Part shown: one piece after another, positions 21,027 through 31,254 of the stretch
How positions within the stretch are numbered: the first letter of the stretch is position 1
Layout of the letters: every line of letters begins with the position of its first letter
Assembly: GCA_963801605.1 (NCBI GenBank)
Contig: CAWDFP010000007.1
Span: forward strand, 320,001 to 384,000
Source of the DNA: an uncultured candidate division Zixibacteria bacterium
GTDB taxonomy: Bacteria; Zixibacteria; MSB-5A5; UBA10806
DNA length: 64,000 nt
Direction of reading: 5' to 3'
The notes under the pieces: model-generated
Database searches by the model: none
What the model was told of the DNA's origin: nothing
Seen by the model: only the letters and a program-made list of their open reading frames with translations
Made by a program: the position numbers and the translations under genes

Positions 21027-21934
21027 TGCAGCACGATTGATTCGATTTTAGAGATCACCAGAGGATGGTTTTCGACTTCGTAGCGTTTTCGTAAAATCTT
21101 CATGCTATCACCGCCTCCGATCTTCCCCAATGCCTCGGCGGCAAACGCCCTGGCATAAGGATCGTCGGAATTTAAAATCTTAGAGAGAACATCCACAAAC
21201 TTCTCATCTGCTAAATTTCCGGCAACCTCGATCAAAAGATAGAATGCCAGTGTATCCGATGGCTCCGATAAATGAAATAGCACCGACTGAGACGCCGCCT
21301 TGCCAATATTTGCCAGCGACGCGGCGGCCGAGTAACGCACACCATAATATGGATCGGAAAGCGCCTCGATCAATGACAGAGTTGTAGACGAGTCTTTCAT
21401 ATTTCCAAGGGCGATTGCCGCCGATGTACGCACCAGATAATCCTGATCGCCAAGAGCGGCTCTGGTCCAGGGCACGGCGGCCTTATCTCCTATTTTGCCG
21501 AGAGCGGAAATAACCCCGGATCTCATCCTGAAATCGCCGTCGTTAACATATCGCAACAAACCATCGACCGCGCTGCTATCTCCCATCTCCCCCAATATTC
21601 TGGCGGAAAGGCGTCTTCGATATTTATTGTCCGAATTCAAGGCGGTTACCAGATTTTGAACCGCTGGATGCCCTATCAGCTTGAATACGTCCTCTAACGT
21701 TTGCATTTCGCGGGCGTCTTCGGTCTTCATCTTTTCGACCAGCCTTGGTACGGCCAGAGCACCCATCTCAGCTAACGCTTTTTTGGCGGGCTGAACCAGA
21801 TCGATATACATTACATCGCCGTTGGAGGCTCTGACGAAAAGCGAATCAACCGCCCGATTTACCGAATCGGCCGGAGCTTGTTGCCCAACCGCAGTCGATA
21901 CCAAAATAAAAAATATCGATATTACGAATTTCAT
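21023..21934 (-). CDS. Secreted HEAT/PBS-lyase repeat protein
   Basis: Repeated VR..AA.ALG..GD..A units; signal peptide from MKFVISIFF (ATG 21934, ATGA overlap). Confidence 0.8.
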   Translation of the reverse strand: MKFVISIFFILVSTAVGQQAPADSVNRAVDSLFVRASNGDVMYIDLVQPAKKALAEMGALAVPRLVEKMKTEDAREMQTLEDVFKLIGHPAVQNLVTALNSDNKYRRRLSARILGEMGDSSAVDGLLRYVNDGDFRMRSGVISALGKIGDKAAVPWTRAALGDQDYLVRTSAAIALGNMKDSSTTLSLIEALSDPYYGVRYSAAASLANIGKAASQSVLFHLSEPSDTLAFYLLIEVAGNLADEKFVDVLSKILNSDDPYARAFAAEALGKIGGGDSMKILRKRYEVENHPLVISKIESIVLH

Positions 21935-23775
21935 TGGTCTATTCCTATCCCCCATTTCGAGTCGCTCCACCAGGTGGAATCGCGTCCTATTCCGCCGGCA
22001 TAACCGTCTTTACCGCCCAAATCGATGAAAATACCGATCGAACCGTAATCCCGTCTGGGCTGCCCGAATCCTTGAGTATTCTGATCTGAATGCACCACGT
22101 AGGCATCTAGGCCTCTTATGTCTGCCAGTAGCCCCAGCCCGTTGGCAGAGCCTGCTCCCTGCGATAAATCGTAAGCCACATAATTATCATTTCCGCCAAG
22201 ATCAATTAGGAACCCCGACGCCCTGTCATGGCCGCATCCCTGCGAAACTCCTTTTGATGCGTAATTGTCGTCGCCTGAAACATCGTACAAGATACCCAGT
22301 GTCATGTGTGTTCCGGCGCCCTGCGCGTATTGGAATGAAATATATTGATCGTTGCCGCCGCCTTCGGCTAATACTCCCAATCCATACCAGTACGACGATC
22401 CTTGACCGAAAATATCGGATATATAAATATCATTTCCGGATTCATCGATTAACAGACCGATTCCCCCTGACATTTTGGGCCGGATTCCGTATGCGAATCC
22501 TTGCGAAAGAGATAGATAATGGTCTTTGTACCGAAGAATATCCTTGTATTTGCCGCCTGCAAAATAACTATCGTTACCGCTGGAATCGGTCAATATGCCG
22601 ATCCCGTCAACAAACCCGAATCCCTGAGCATACAGAGCGGCCTGATATGAATCGTTACCGCTGTCATCGCGAAGAATCCCCACGCCGAAAGCGCCGGCGC
22701 CCTGGGTAAAAGTATCTCCGAAATATCTATCGTTGCCGCTCTTGTCCCAGAGAACCCCCACTCCGAACAAACCTGCCCCCAAAGTCCAGGAGCCGGCGTT
22801 ATAGGTATCATCCCCCTGAAAATCGACTATCATATTGCCGCCGAAAATATAAGGACTGATTCGGTTGTTGGGCATATTGTAAATGTCATTACCTTTAAGA
22901 TCGATGATAAACGTTTGATGACCGGTGCCGGTGAATCTTAAATTGTAGGTATCATCTCCGCCAGGATCGATCACCGCGAAAAGATCCCCTTCGTATTTAT
23001 TGTTAGTTGTATCTCCGATTATTATTTCGCCATAAGGAGTGTTAATAGTTAAATGATGGGCTGATGCCGGGATAGTTGGCTTTTTTTCAAGGTATGAATT
23101 TAATACCTCAACATAAGCATCTAAGATTTGCCCTCTTCCCTGACAACCATTAGCCAGACGAACGAGTTGCTGCGCCCAACCGTCTTCATATTGAGCGATA
23201 CTATCCAACTCATCCACCGAGCGCAATTCATCCTCAACTTTCTCTTCTAACAGCAGCGTGAAACCTTCAGCTAAAGAATCCTGCTGCGCCTTTGAGTATT
23301 TGGTAAATTGAGACCAATGCTGCGGATCGGTTACTTCAGCCAGACCATAAAGCTGTTGAACTAAAGCTGTGAGATCAGGCCCGAGCGCGGTTTTGGTCTT
23401 GCGATTGAGGAGCGAATCAACCCTTAGTTTCATTTCCGATGTTAGAAGAGATAAATTGCCGCTTGCGGTTTTGTGAAGCAGGCTTTCATATTTCATATCC
23501 GTGAAAGCATGAAGCCCCGTTACCGATCCTGCATATCCGATCATTCGTAAGGGTTCTTTCATGTAATCTTCAATTAGCGGCAAACGATAAGGATCCTCTT
23601 CAAGATAGTCGCCGCGAAAAGTCAGATCACCTCGATACATCTTCATGGCCCGCAAACTCATATCTATGGCATGTTGAAGCGAATCTATTGGATTGAAAAT
23701 TGCCGTATCGGGCATCGGCGCCTGCGCCCAGGTTACGGAAAATAGCGCCAGTGTTGTTAAGATTATTTTTTTCAT
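21931..23775 (-). CDS. Secreted protein with tandem DxxGxDxY...QG-G repeats, function unknown
   Basis: Signal peptide and about ten D..G.D.Y repeats with QG.G / G.G.L motifs. Confidence 0.8.
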   Translation of the reverse strand: MKKIILTTLALFSVTWAQAPMPDTAIFNPIDSLQHAIDMSLRAMKMYRGDLTFRGDYLEEDPYRLPLIEDYMKEPLRMIGYAGSVTGLHAFTDMKYESLLHKTASGNLSLLTSEMKLRVDSLLNRKTKTALGPDLTALVQQLYGLAEVTDPQHWSQFTKYSKAQQDSLAEGFTLLLEEKVEDELRSVDELDSIAQYEDGWAQQLVRLANGCQGRGQILDAYVEVLNSYLEKKPTIPASAHHLTINTPYGEIIIGDTTNNKYEGDLFAVIDPGGDDTYNLRFTGTGHQTFIIDLKGNDIYNMPNNRISPYIFGGNMIVDFQGDDTYNAGSWTLGAGLFGVGVLWDKSGNDRYFGDTFTQGAGAFGVGILRDDSGNDSYQAALYAQGFGFVDGIGILTDSSGNDSYFAGGKYKDILRYKDHYLSLSQGFAYGIRPKMSGGIGLLIDESGNDIYISDIFGQGSSYWYGLGVLAEGGGNDQYISFQYAQGAGTHMTLGILYDVSGDDNYASKGVSQGCGHDRASGFLIDLGGNDNYVAYDLSQGAGSANGLGLLADIRGLDAYVVHSDQNTQGFGQPRRDYGSIGIFIDLGGKDGYAGGIGRDSTWWSDSKWGIGIDQ

Positions 23776-23936
23776 GCGTTTATTATAAGTGTCTATATTA
23801 CCTGAGTCAACGGCTAATCGATTATAACAATCGCCGGTCGCAAGCTCTCTGGAACCATATTAAAAGGGACAAATGTAAATTCATTTAATATTCGATATTG
23901 ATCATTTATATTTAGAAGATTATTTACGCCCAAAAT

Positions 23937-23964
23937 AAAAGCCCCGATCCGCAGACCGGGGCTT
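23937..23964 (-). terminator. Terminator after pilQ
   Basis: AAGCCCCG...CGGGGCTT stem with a T-run on the minus strand. Confidence 0.6.
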
Positions 23965-23988
23965 AAAAATATTATTTATTCGATTAGT

Positions 23989-25392
23989 TTACTTATCGTT
24001 GAAAGCCTGAACCGGCTTTTCGACGATTGTCGGAGTAACAAAGATTACCAAATCGCGAGTCGTAACCTGTCTCTTGTTATATCCGAACAGGAATCCCAGA
24101 ACCGGGATATCCTTTAACAGAGGTAAACCAACCTTCAAGGTTATAATTTCCTGGTTGGTCAAGCCGCCGATAACGGCAGTCTCGCCATTTTCTACAACCA
24201 CGTTGGTCTCGGCATTCTGAGTATTGATAATAACGCCGTTAGGATCGAACTGGTAAGAACTGCGTTCCGGCACCAGATGCAGAAGTATCCTATTCTCCGA
24301 CGTGACATGCGGCGTTACGCGCAGCTTGGTGCCCACATCGTAGAATGTGATAATGGTATTGCCGGACGGATCAAATTGCTTGATTGGTATCTTCTGACCC
24401 ATCTGTATGTAAGCCTCGACATTATCGAGCGTGGTAACTTCGGGATGTGCAATTATCTTTCCCTTGTTAGTCGACTCTACAGTCGCTAATACGGCGCCAA
24501 CGTCGAATCTTTGATTTCCAATTTTTACCAGCTTGGAAATCGAGAACTGGCCGATCTTCGGACCGGTAACCTGGCTGGTACCGCCTATTCTGCCTTCATC
24601 GGCTGAATGAACTTGCCTATCCGGGTTATCAGTGAATAGCGGAGGTATAGCGGGTTCAGTGCCCTCCACACCATTGACCATCTTATTGGGAGATTCCGCG
24701 TTGAAGGCTTGATTGACCAAACGCCAATCCACTCCAATTTCACGCAAAAATCCGCTTTCGACTTCAAGAAGCTGAGCCGAAATCTTTACCTGCTGAGTCT
24801 CTTTATCGAGAGTTCCGATTAAATCATTCACCTTATCCAGATTATCGGCCAGATCGCGGATTATCAGTGAATTCGTCCTGGCATCAACATCCACTGTGCC
24901 CCTGGGCGAAAGCAGACCCTTGACTGCGCTTTTAATCTCGGCGGCAACATTATACTTGACCGAAATTATCCGGGTTTGAAGAGGCCTCATGGTCTCCCTA
25001 TCCGAGACGCTCTTCTCCTCAGCGGCCTTTTCAGAATAGTAGTCTGCCGCCTTTACGACTCTTATATAATTATCCGCATCGATGCCTACCAAATTGTAGG
25101 TTTGCAGGATAATATCGAGCGCGTCGCGCCATGACACGTTGGAAAGGTGCACTGTAATGTTGCCTTCCACTGACGGTGAGGCCACAATATTGACCCCGCC
25201 ATACGATGAAAGGTACATCAGCACCGACCTGATATCGGCCTGGTTTAGATTCAAGGTTTTAATCATCTGCGGCGAGCCCGTTGGGCCCGGAACTACATCA
25301 ATGCCTTCCTGGCTGCGCAATGCCCCGAAATTCATGACCACTATACAGGCCATAGCCAGAACGGCAGCAATTAAGATTGAGAACCTGCGCAT
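23989..25392 (-). CDS. pilQ: Type IV pilus secretin
   Basis: N0/N1 domains (ADIRSVL, DARTNSLII) and secretin motifs (QVKISAQ, GETAVIGGL, PLLKDIPVLGFLF, IFVTPTIV); last gene of pilMNOP. Confidence 0.9.
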   Translation of the reverse strand: MRRFSILIAAVLAMACIVVMNFGALRSQEGIDVVPGPTGSPQMIKTLNLNQADIRSVLMYLSSYGGVNIVASPSVEGNITVHLSNVSWRDALDIILQTYNLVGIDADNYIRVVKAADYYSEKAAEEKSVSDRETMRPLQTRIISVKYNVAAEIKSAVKGLLSPRGTVDVDARTNSLIIRDLADNLDKVNDLIGTLDKETQQVKISAQLLEVESGFLREIGVDWRLVNQAFNAESPNKMVNGVEGTEPAIPPLFTDNPDRQVHSADEGRIGGTSQVTGPKIGQFSISKLVKIGNQRFDVGAVLATVESTNKGKIIAHPEVTTLDNVEAYIQMGQKIPIKQFDPSGNTIITFYDVGTKLRVTPHVTSENRILLHLVPERSSYQFDPNGVIINTQNAETNVVVENGETAVIGGLTNQEIITLKVGLPLLKDIPVLGFLFGYNKRQVTTRDLVIFVTPTIVEKPVQAFNDK

Positions 25393-25406
25393 ATCCTTCC
25401 TCTCCT

Positions 25407-26510
25407 TTACTTAATTTCCGGGATCTGCAGCTCCAGAGCCACGGTCCTGGTCCAGCCGTATTCAGCTATCTGAAATACAGCCTTGTTATCAGTGACCGAG
25501 ACCAAAAATCCGCTCTGGACCCTGTCGTTCGGCTTCAAAATATAGCCATTACCATCGCTATCTTCGAGCAAGGCGCTGCTTATCTGATTATTTTCCAAAA
25601 TTCCTACAAGCTTCAGGTTCTCAAGCGACGGCAATCCTAATTTGGGCCCGACATTGGCAATACCCTTGCCAACCAGAGGCTCAAATGGATCTTTCTCGTC
25701 GTTGCCGACATATTCGACCGCTTTTCGCTTGGGGGTTGTGTCCACCGCTATACCCTGCGGTATCGATGCTGGAGCATTTACCGCCATCTGCACTGAGGCA
25801 GCTTCCTCTTCTGGAATAGCCTCATCAGATGATTCCTGGGCTGGTGCGCTTTCGACTGGTTTTGGAGCAACTGCAATCTGCTTCTCAACCGGCTTCTCAG
25901 CGGGCGGCGGTGCTACGGCCACTTCGACAGGCTTTTCGATGGCCGGTTTCTCAACCGGTAAACCCAGCGACTTTGCTTCCGGCGTTTCGACTTTTTCTAT
26001 TGCTGGAGGCTTCACTACTGCCGGTTCTGGCTTGGCTTCAGCAACAACTGATGCTGTTTGACCCGCGGAACCGGACGATCTCCAGTTTACCGAGGCATAT
26101 TCATCGGGTAACGCCGCAAATGTAATTGTAATGCTGTTCCCCGCATGGTAACTCTGAAATTCGACCGGCCGGTTTATATCGAGTACCACCCGCGCCTGTA
26201 AATCAGGCTCCGATTTGAACTGGCTGGTACGGATCGATCTAATCGACTTAACTGGCAGATTTCCAAACTGCTTTTTAGACAGTTCGTTTAGCACGCCGTT
26301 CATGTCGACTACGATTCTTTCCGGCTTGGAATCGGTCAGGAATGCGTTGTAATCGCACTCAACGCTTGTCCTTATTGTCACCGCGATCGAATCTCCCTGA
26401 CGCGCCACAGCGACGTCTTCGAGATTGTTAGCGGCGGCTGACCGCAGGCCAGCCCCAAAGAGGGCCAGAAGCGCGGCCAATACCGTAATCTTTATTTTTG
26501 ACCTTCTCAT
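25407..26510 (-). CDS. AMIN-domain protein with a Pro/Glu/Lys linker and a PilP-like C-terminus
   Basis: AMIN motifs (PERIVVD, IRTSQF, RVVLD); C-terminal KDPFEP...LKLVGIL...ALLED.DG.GYI resembles PilP; occupies the pilP position. Confidence 0.75.
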   Translation of the reverse strand: MRRSKIKITVLAALLALFGAGLRSAAANNLEDVAVARQGDSIAVTIRTSVECDYNAFLTDSKPERIVVDMNGVLNELSKKQFGNLPVKSIRSIRTSQFKSEPDLQARVVLDINRPVEFQSYHAGNSITITFAALPDEYASVNWRSSGSAGQTASVVAEAKPEPAVVKPPAIEKVETPEAKSLGLPVEKPAIEKPVEVAVAPPPAEKPVEKQIAVAPKPVESAPAQESSDEAIPEEEAASVQMAVNAPASIPQGIAVDTTPKRKAVEYVGNDEKDPFEPLVGKGIANVGPKLGLPSLENLKLVGILENNQISSALLEDSDGNGYILKPNDRVQSGFLVSVTDNKAVFQIAEYGWTRTVALELQIPEIK

Positions 26511-27088
26511 CCGGCTGCATCCTGCTTAACGTTATAGGTTGATACTTTAAAAGTCGCTACCACGTTTTTGTTCGAGTCCTTTTCCTCGGCCATTGAGGTA
26601 TTTCCCATCAATGATTTCATCTCGAGATCCGAGACGTTCACTATGAATGGGAAATTAGCAACCTTGGCAAAGAACCTGCCCAGCCCATGATATGACGCTT
26701 CCACCTGAAATGAGTAAGTGTTGGCGACATAAAAATCGCTGGGCTGCGCTCCCATGGGCGTCAGATCCGTTACGGTCGACCCTGTGACCTGCGCCGCGGC
26801 GTGGATCTGACTTAAGAAGGATTCATCCTCTTTGATTTCCGGAAGCAGCAGTTCGACTTTCTTGTACTTCATGGTAAGATCATCGAATTCCTTCTGTAAA
26901 TCATCGAGGGTGGCAGCCTTCTGTTTGACGCTGTGCAGATCCGAAAGCTCTTTTTCGTACTGAACTTTCTTGGCGGCTATCTTACTGGCATAATCGGTGT
27001 ATATCTTGGAATACCAGAGATAGGATACCGCCAGGAAAATTATCACTACAAAAGAGATGATTTGAATCTTGGGGTCCTTGTAATTCAT
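26507..27088 (-). CDS. pilO: Type IV pilus assembly protein PilO
   Basis: TM helix plus coiled coil, LLP, ASYHGLGRFFAKVANFPFIVNV; operon position. Confidence 0.85.
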   Translation of the reverse strand: MNYKDPKIQIISFVVIIFLAVSYLWYSKIYTDYASKIAAKKVQYEKELSDLHSVKQKAATLDDLQKEFDDLTMKYKKVELLLPEIKEDESFLSQIHAAAQVTGSTVTDLTPMGAQPSDFYVANTYSFQVEASYHGLGRFFAKVANFPFIVNVSDLEMKSLMGNTSMAEEKDSNKNVVATFKVSTYNVKQDAAG

Positions 27089-27147
27089 TTATCCCCTCCC
27101 GCTGTAACTTAAAATCCCGGCTTTGGGCCGAGCTGCCTTATCTTTCA

Positions 27148-27822
27148 TTAGAACTGATTCTGTATTGCGCTTGACGCCTGGGCGGTCTGGACATCGATAT
27201 TACTGACCGTCGGCGTTACTAGATCACAGCTTAACTTGAAATTATATGCTTCTGTCTTTTCGAGGTCTTGCAGCTTGATCGAGGCGATCTCGATATTTGC
27301 AAAATACTCCGATTTCTTAAGCCTGACCAAAAACGTGGCCAGTGCATTCAATGAGAAAGAATACCCCTCAAGCGTCGATTTGGATATCGCCGGAGCAGTA
27401 GTTACTGGTTGCCCTGAGACATTTGTCGTTGAAACCGGAGCGGTTTCCGGGGCCTGCCTGATTCCGGTCAGCCAGACATACTCTGGAACTCGACCGGCCA
27501 GATCTCCCATCAACGACACCCAATACTCGCGGTTCTTATCGAGCATTTGGATCGTAGTCATCCGGGCCAGAATCTGTTCTTTCTTTTTGCTGATCTCGTC
27601 GATCTTTACTATCTCGGAGGTATACTTGGCCGTTTCCGCTTTGGATATTGCCAACTGCTTTTCCAGGGTCGAAAGCGAGTGTACCTGGAAAATGTAGCTG
27701 TATATGGCCATCACGCCGATCAGGGCGAAACAACCGCTAAGAACCAATACAAGATTCTTATCGAGCTTGAAGCTGAATCGGCCTCTCTTTAGGTCTTTTG
27801 GAAGTAAATTAATCTCTATCAT
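27148..27822 (-). CDS. pilN: Type IV pilus assembly protein PilN
   Basis: IEINLLP, TM helix, VPEYVWLT. Confidence 0.9.
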   Translation of the reverse strand: MIEINLLPKDLKRGRFSFKLDKNLVLVLSGCFALIGVMAIYSYIFQVHSLSTLEKQLAISKAETAKYTSEIVKIDEISKKKEQILARMTTIQMLDKNREYWVSLMGDLAGRVPEYVWLTGIRQAPETAPVSTTNVSGQPVTTAPAISKSTLEGYSFSLNALATFLVRLKKSEYFANIEIASIKLQDLEKTEAYNFKLSCDLVTPTVSNIDVQTAQASSAIQNQF

Positions 27823-28871
27823 TATAGCCTCCGGGCGGCCAGACCGATGGGCACCGCCAACAGCGGGGCTACCTTCTCGGGCTGAAATTCACTGAACATA
27901 TCCGGGTCATACTCTATATTTCTCAAGGGATTGAAGATCTCAACCGGAATACCTAACTTGTTCTGTAATAGCTCCGGGAAGTACGGTACTAACGCTCCGC
28001 CTCCGGAAAGAACGATCCAGTCAAGATTATGCACGCCGGAAGAACTCTTAAAATATGAGATAGCTACTTCCAGCCCGGCAATCAACTCTTCCGATGACGT
28101 GAAGACCGTGGCTTTGAACATATCCTGGTCAATCGAATTGTCCATCTCGCCTTTGAGCGTTTTGGCGGCTAATTCCTGATTCAACCTGAATTCCTTGCCA
28201 ATGGCGTCGAAAATCAGCCTGATGCCGTTCGATACGTCCCTGGTTGAATGATACAGGCCGTCTTTCAGGAAGGTGATATTGGTGACATCAAAACCAACAT
28301 CGATCAGCGCCGTCACGCGATTTGGATCGATCTCATAATTGAGTTCGTAGGCGTTCAGGATTGCAAATGCGTCGGTATCGACTATCACCGGACGTAAACC
28401 TGCATCCAGAATAAGGTCGAGATAGTTCTTGAGAAACTCATTTCGGGCTGCCACCAGCAAGACTTCCATCTTGTTGGTCTCGTTATCGACCTTAATGACG
28501 TGGTAATCGAGCGATACATCTTCCACGTCGAACGGGCTTCGCTGCTCGGCCTCGAACAGGATCGCCTGCTCAGCCTCGCTGCCCGTTTTTTTGTCCATCA
28601 CGATTTTATCCGTGATAACGCCATGCCCCGCTATCGAGATGACGACATCCTTAATCTTGGGATCTGTTTGATCCACCAGATTCTGGATATCAAAAATAAC
28701 CGCATCGCGATCCTTGATCTCCTCGGAGGCGATGGCGTCAAAAGGAAGCTCCTTCAATGCCAGCGACTTTAAACAATAGCCGCCGGGCTTTTTCTGAAGC
28801 CGCACAAGCTTAATAGTGCTGGCGCCGATGTCCAGCCCTACTCCTAATTTTGTTTTTCTTCCGAAGCCCAT
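27822..28871 (-). CDS. pilM: Type IV pilus assembly ATPase-like protein PilM
   Basis: GLDIGASTIK, VLLVAA, ALIDVG, LSGGGA, GLAAR. Confidence 0.93.
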   Translation of the reverse strand: MGFGRKTKLGVGLDIGASTIKLVRLQKKPGGYCLKSLALKELPFDAIASEEIKDRDAVIFDIQNLVDQTDPKIKDVVISIAGHGVITDKIVMDKKTGSEAEQAILFEAEQRSPFDVEDVSLDYHVIKVDNETNKMEVLLVAARNEFLKNYLDLILDAGLRPVIVDTDAFAILNAYELNYEIDPNRVTALIDVGFDVTNITFLKDGLYHSTRDVSNGIRLIFDAIGKEFRLNQELAAKTLKGEMDNSIDQDMFKATVFTSSEELIAGLEVAISYFKSSSGVHNLDWIVLSGGGALVPYFPELLQNKLGIPVEIFNPLRNIEYDPDMFSEFQPEKVAPLLAVPIGLAARRL

Positions 28872-28972
28872 AGTTTTTCCTTGTCAAAGACTCAAGGTCT
28901 CTTAAACGAAGTCGGTTGTTATTCTATCCTCTTCAAATATCGTATCATGGTATCTCTACTCATACATGCTTA

Positions 28973-28999
28973 TTATCGACCCCTTACTTAAAAAGTTAA
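28973..28999 (-). promoter_or_regulatory. Sigma28-like promoter upstream of pilM
   Basis: TTAA-N15-GTCGATAA versus consensus TAAA-N15-GCCGATAA. Confidence 0.4.
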
Positions 29000-29045
29000 C
29001 CCCCGCCAAAAATTTAGTCGCTGTCGCGATTTGGAAATAAATTAA

Positions 29046-29540
29046 CTATTGTAATTTGGTTTTTCCCGTAGCAGCCAAAACCGATATGGTAAACGGCGAA
29101 TCCCCGCTGGTGCTGTTTATGCCCAGGTTACCGCTTTGCGAAGCCGCTCCGGTGGGCAGCATAACTATAACATTACCGGTAAAATTTACGCCGCTATAAA
29201 CCACGTCCTGATCTACGTCGTTTTCCCTACCAATAATCGAATCGCCCACATCGAATGTCATTGCGGCAGGATTAACTATATCTTTAAAAAGAGTATAGCT
29301 CCTGGCGGTGGTATTAAAGTATACCCCGTATTGCGTATTTTCAGCGATCGCTCGGCTGCGGGCAGTCCTGATAGTATTAAGTATATTTCTGGCCTCGGCT
29401 TTGGTTCTTATCCGCGGAATTGTCCTCGTAAACATTGGAACCGCCAACGCCGCTAATATGCCGATTAAAACGCAAACTATTGCCATTTCAATCAGCGTAA
29501 AGCCGCGCCTGCCTGACGACCTTATATTTAGAGACTTCAT
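29046..29540 (-). CDS. FimT/GspH-family minor (pseudo)pilin
   Basis: RRG|FTLIE prepilin site, hydrophobic helix, ARSRAI. Confidence 0.85.
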   Translation of the reverse strand: MKSLNIRSSGRRGFTLIEMAIVCVLIGILAALAVPMFTRTIPRIRTKAEARNILNTIRTARSRAIAENTQYGVYFNTTARSYTLFKDIVNPAAMTFDVGDSIIGRENDVDQDVVYSGVNFTGNVIVMLPTGAASQSGNLGINSTSGDSPFTISVLAATGKTKLQ

Positions 29541-29649
29541 TTTATGAAATCCTCCTGATTAACTTTTCGCATTAAATCTTTATCCTCTTTCCTTATCGGC
29601 AGTGGATACCCCCGGCATTAACGGCCATAAATTTTGATTACCGCCGCTC

Positions 29650-30150
29650 CTATTGAAGAGGGAAATTGACAGTCACAACCCTTGAATAGCTCCGAACCTC
29701 CCTCTCTTCCCCGTTTTTATAATGCGGCTTGACACTTAGCGTCAGGACTATAGTCTGCTTACCCAATTCCTGAACTTTAAGCGATGCGATATCGCCAATC
29801 AATCTTTGAAGATTATCGCCGGTTTGTTTAATCAGATTGCTATTTTCATCGATCAGATATTGACTCCAACGCCCGCCGTATTTTATCCGGATTTTATCGG
29901 TGCTTCCGAGGTGCTCGATTGCCAGCGGGATTGCATTTTCGGGAGGTTTTCTACGAGCTAAATATAGATCATCGCTAATCACGTCAAGCGCCTCATATAG
30001 AGCGCTATCCTGGGATGATAGTCCCCCGTCTTTTGCGGGATATATAACGAATTCATCGCGGAAATTTAAAAACGCCGCAGCCAATCCTGAAATTAAAATT
30101 ATCACGATTAAAAGCTCGATTAACGCTATGCCAGTTATGTTGGATCGCAC
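29650..30150 (-). CDS. Prepilin-like protein (PilW/PulJ-like); probable GTG start at 30150
   Basis: G|IALIELLIV class III signal with E5; GAGG lies before GTG 30150; the ORF-track start at 30198 falls inside a sigma54-like site. Confidence 0.65.
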   Translation of the reverse strand: MRSNITGIALIELLIVIILISGLAAAFLNFRDEFVIYPAKDGGLSSQDSALYEALDVISDDLYLARRKPPENAIPLAIEHLGSTDKIRIKYGGRWSQYLIDENSNLIKQTGDNLQRLIGDIASLKVQELGKQTIVLTLSVKPHYKNGEEREVRSYSRVVTVNFPLQ

Positions 30151-30193
30151 AATGCCTCGGGATAAAGCTGTTTCATTTCTAAACAGTCTTAAC

Positions 30194-30210
30194 TGCAAGG
30201 CTTGTGCCTG
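30194..30210 (-). promoter_or_regulatory. Sigma54 -24/-12 promoter
   Basis: Minus strand CAGGCAC-AAGCC-TTGCA (GG-N10-GC). Confidence 0.5.
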
Positions 30211-30489
30211 AAATTGACTACCGGAACTACTTCACCGTCTGTCAATAAGTTATAAAGATTAAATCAAGTAATATATCAACTAAATAAGGGGCGCCGATCG
30301 CCATATACTATGGGAATTGGGCAAAAACTATGGGAAAATGACAATAATTTTTGCCCTCTAAAAAGAATACGGTAAAGCCCCGGAATCCGATATTGCCCCA
30401 TTGAAAACAAGCCGGGTGTCATCATTATAATGACCCCGGCCTGATTATCTAATGAGATTGAAATAATAATCTGCTCTCGCTTAACTCCG

Positions 30490-30972
30490 CTAAAATTTCT
30501 TCAACCAACCCGTAAGAACGTTTACATGCCCTTGTTCAAATTTAGCCAGGTAAGAGTAAAAATCCGACGCTGCCTTATCGTCTGTTTTATCTATTTGCGA
30601 TTTATAAAAATCGCGGGCTTCTTCCTCCAACTCGATAGCGATCCCCAGAATCTTCCTGGTATCATCGGTTTTGCTCAGAAGATTGAGCCTTTTACGATGA
30701 CTTTCAGCCATCTCCTCCGGTATTTCCGGCAGGCCGTCTTTTCTCATAATGTCGTTGTATGTCACCCATTTTTCGGATCGTACCAGGCTGTCGTATTCGG
30801 CCTCCAGGGTCCAGTAGTGGTCCTTTTCTTCGCCCGCTAACTTATCCATGAGAGCGGATAATTCGGCATTTTTAACCCGTTCACCGGCCCGTTTGTAGAA
30901 AACATAAGCCGCTAATTCGGCGTTTATTCCTTTGGAAATAGTATCCATCGCTTTTTGGGTTGCCTCTTTCAT
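30490..30972 (-). CDS. Ferritin-like (rubrerythrin-family) diiron protein
   Basis: Duplicated E...FY...ExxH motifs (EEKDH, FEQGH). Confidence 0.88.
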   Translation of the reverse strand: MKEATQKAMDTISKGINAELAAYVFYKRAGERVKNAELSALMDKLAGEEKDHYWTLEAEYDSLVRSEKWVTYNDIMRKDGLPEIPEEMAESHRKRLNLLSKTDDTRKILGIAIELEEEARDFYKSQIDKTDDKAASDFYSYLAKFEQGHVNVLTGWLKKF

Positions 30973-31254
30973 CCTATGCTCCTTTTAACGATTTATCTGC
31001 AAACCTCACAAATATTATCAACCTTAATTGCAGCATCAAGATAAAACGATAGCTTTAGTTTGTCAACCAAAGCTGTAAATACCGGCATTGAAAAACTGCT
31101 CCGCTAAATATCCTAAAAATTGCAGCAGTATTCGCTTTATTAATATATTCTATCGATAAAAAGACTTGCCAGATTCTTCAAACTTTATTACCTACAGGCT
31201 AACCGTTTATGCCACTTTTCGGCATTGCTGTAATAATTAAAAGGAGTCATTAAG

